Shown here piece by piece: positions 62,676-64,000 of a DNA stretch of 64,000 nt; positions within the stretch are counted from its first letter, which is position 1, and every line of letters starts with the position of its first letter. The DNA is from a virus. The stretch covers positions 1-64,000 of IMG/VR virus record IMGVR_UViG_3300042505_001173. The stretch is one strand, 5' to 3'. The notes under the pieces are model-generated. The model was not told the DNA's origin. It ran no database searches and saw only the letters and a program-made list of their open reading frames with translations. A program made the position numbers and the translations under genes.

Positions 62676-62923
62676 GCGTATTTTTTAAATTTATTAGATA
62701 CTTTTGGTGATATTGTTTTTTCGCCGTTTATAGTAGATATTACATCTCCGTCACGGATAATATGTTTTTCACCGGATGTGTCAAATATATAAGGTACTAA
62801 CATTACTTTGGTACAACAATGAGGTTTATCTATATTTTTGTATTGTCTTAAATTACTAACTACCATAAACCCATCTTCCATACCCAATTCATATGTTTTA
62901 ATACTAATAATTGACCGTGACAT
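62672..62923 (-). CDS. 83-aa intervening gene, weakly PGDYG-like
   Basis: YELGMEDGF...VPYI...HII.DGDVI; GAGGT RBS overlaps the IntN stop; its TGA overlaps the IntC ATG. Confidence 0.65.
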   Translation of the reverse strand: MSRSIISIKTYELGMEDGFMVVSNLRQYKNIDKPHCCTKVMLVPYIFDTSGEKHIIRDGDVISTINGEKTISPKVSNKFKKYA

Positions 62924-62933
62924 TTAACTTACC

Positions 62934-64000
62934 TCAAAAATTAATTATTTCATGATCATCCGTGAGTTTATCCGCCCTAACATACCCATCAGTTGTTAAA
63001 AACAAATGATTACCCGTTACTTCAATTTTTACACCCGTATCAAACTCCAACTTATACATTTTTTCAGCGTTAGATTTAAGTAAGTTTTCATAAACGTTTT
63101 CTACAACATCTTCTTCGAAGATCTGACTAGCTTCGTTATATGATAATACATTTTCACCAATTTTAATATCTTTTAATATTTTTTTTGTCCCATCAACTAA
63201 TGTTATATTAGTCTCACCCGATAAACATTCATCAACTACCACCATTTGAAATTGATTTATGAGGAGTGGATAGTTTTGTAATGTTTGCCACGTTGTTACG
63301 ATATGATCATAATCAATGCTTGGGTTACCTGCATGGAAATGTGAAACATCTAATTGTAACGCTGTAAATTGCTTAATTGTTTGAGTTATTAACGATGTAG
63401 CTGGTACGATCGTTAACGTTTTACATCCTTGCTGTTTATATTTATCAACAAGAACGGCGTTCAAAATGGTGTTGTGTGTGATAATACACCCATCAGTTAC
63501 ATATAAATGATCAACATCATCAATGTATATGCATTTAGTACGCTCTTTACCCCAGTACTCTATTGATTTAACTCGTCTGTTTATTTTTTGGGTATGGTTT
63601 TGTATAGTGTGATGGTATTTGATATAATTTAACTTTTTTTCATGTGACGTGAAAAATATATCATGTATTCTGTGGGACATTGTCAATGAATGAGTTCTAC
63701 GATCCTCAGATAATTTATACCAGTTACTTAAAACACCTCCTTGCATAATTACCATTTCTGATACTTGTTCAACAAGCTTAGCGTTTTGTACAATATGAAC
63801 AGTAGTGCTACCTGAAGCTGATAGTGATCCAGTCACGTCACACATACCTTGTAAAAACGATAATCTATCTTTAGCAGCGCCGAACACATATTCTTTAGGT
63901 ATGCGGTAATCGTTGCGCATATTTTGCTCTAAAAAACTGACTAGTTTCTCACTCTGTTCAGTGGTCGGTGTTAAATACGCTCTTACCTTTAACCCGTGAG
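62934..64000 (-). CDS. uvsW: UvsW-like helicase, N-terminal half with intein and IntN (start outside window)
   Basis: Frame open to the window edge; extein TILNAVL...IVPATSLITQT...TTWQTL...VVVDE. Confidence 0.9.
   Translation of the reverse strand, partial: HGLKVRAYLTPTTEQSEKLVSFLEQNMRNDYRIPKEYVFGAAKDRLSFLQGMCDVTGSLSASGSTTVHIVQNAKLVEQVSEMVIMQGGVLSNWYKLSEDRRTHSLTMSHRIHDIFFTSHEKKLNYIKYHHTIQNHTQKINRRVKSIEYWGKERTKCIYIDDVDHLYVTDGCIITHNTILNAVLVDKYKQQGCKTLTIVPATSLITQTIKQFTALQLDVSHFHAGNPSIDYDHIVTTWQTLQNYPLLINQFQMVVVDECLSGETNITLVDGTKKILKDIKIGENVLSYNEASQIFEEDVVENVYENLLKSNAEKMYKLEFDTGVKIEVTGNHLFLTTDGYVRADKLTDDHEIINF
62937..63227 (-). mobile_element. Split intein N-fragment (97 aa)
   Basis: Block A CLSGETNI...DG, IKIGENVLSYN, block B VTGNHLFLT..G, then stop. 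Confidence 0.92.
63471..64000 (-). mobile_element. Intein with LAGLIDADG-like domain (C-terminal part)
   Basis: RIPKEY...RLSFLQGMCDVTG; ends CIYIDDVDHLYVTDGCIITHN / T+1. Confidence 0.88.

Noticed and set aside
62672-62936. Self-splicing intron or frameshift explaining the helicase break
   Set aside because: The gap is only about 260 nt and filled by a coupled ORF; the break falls at the canonical intein split position with a proper stop and start.
1-64000. Stop-codon reassignment, tRNA or rRNA genes
   Set aside because: Long genes are intact in code 11 and TAA, TGA and TAG all serve as stops; intergenic gaps are short with no cloverleaf seen.

Overview
AT-rich, densely coding 64 kb segment of a large tailed phage (T4-related jumbo myophage type; inferred from gene content and TAAATA late-promoter motifs). 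Standard genetic code; no rRNA, tRNA, CRISPR array or reverse transcriptase seen. Layout: (1) 1-23.9 kb, minus strand: an array of tail-fibre/virion appendage genes built as adaptor plus variable head cassettes (multi-LamG, 29-unit BspA-type LRR, FN3/propeller, YadA-like, discoidin). (2) 23.9-35.9 kb: small accessory genes, probable capsid-packaged proteins including an ADP-ribosyltransferase-like ORF, three short fibre/baseplate paralogs, an NAD salvage pair (NadM-Nudix + NadV) and a PD-(D/E)XK exonuclease. (3) 36-59.4 kb: an S8 peptidase and duplicated giant fibre + Ig/Gly-rich adhesin pairs. (4) 59.5-64 kb: GroES-like protein, DnaE fragment and a UvsW-like helicase. Most striking: the helicase carries one intein near Walker A and is also broken inside its DECH motif by a naturally split intein (97-aa IntN, 35-aa IntC) whose halves flank an 83-aa gene that does not look like a nuclease. 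All calls are motif recognition by eye; no searches were run.
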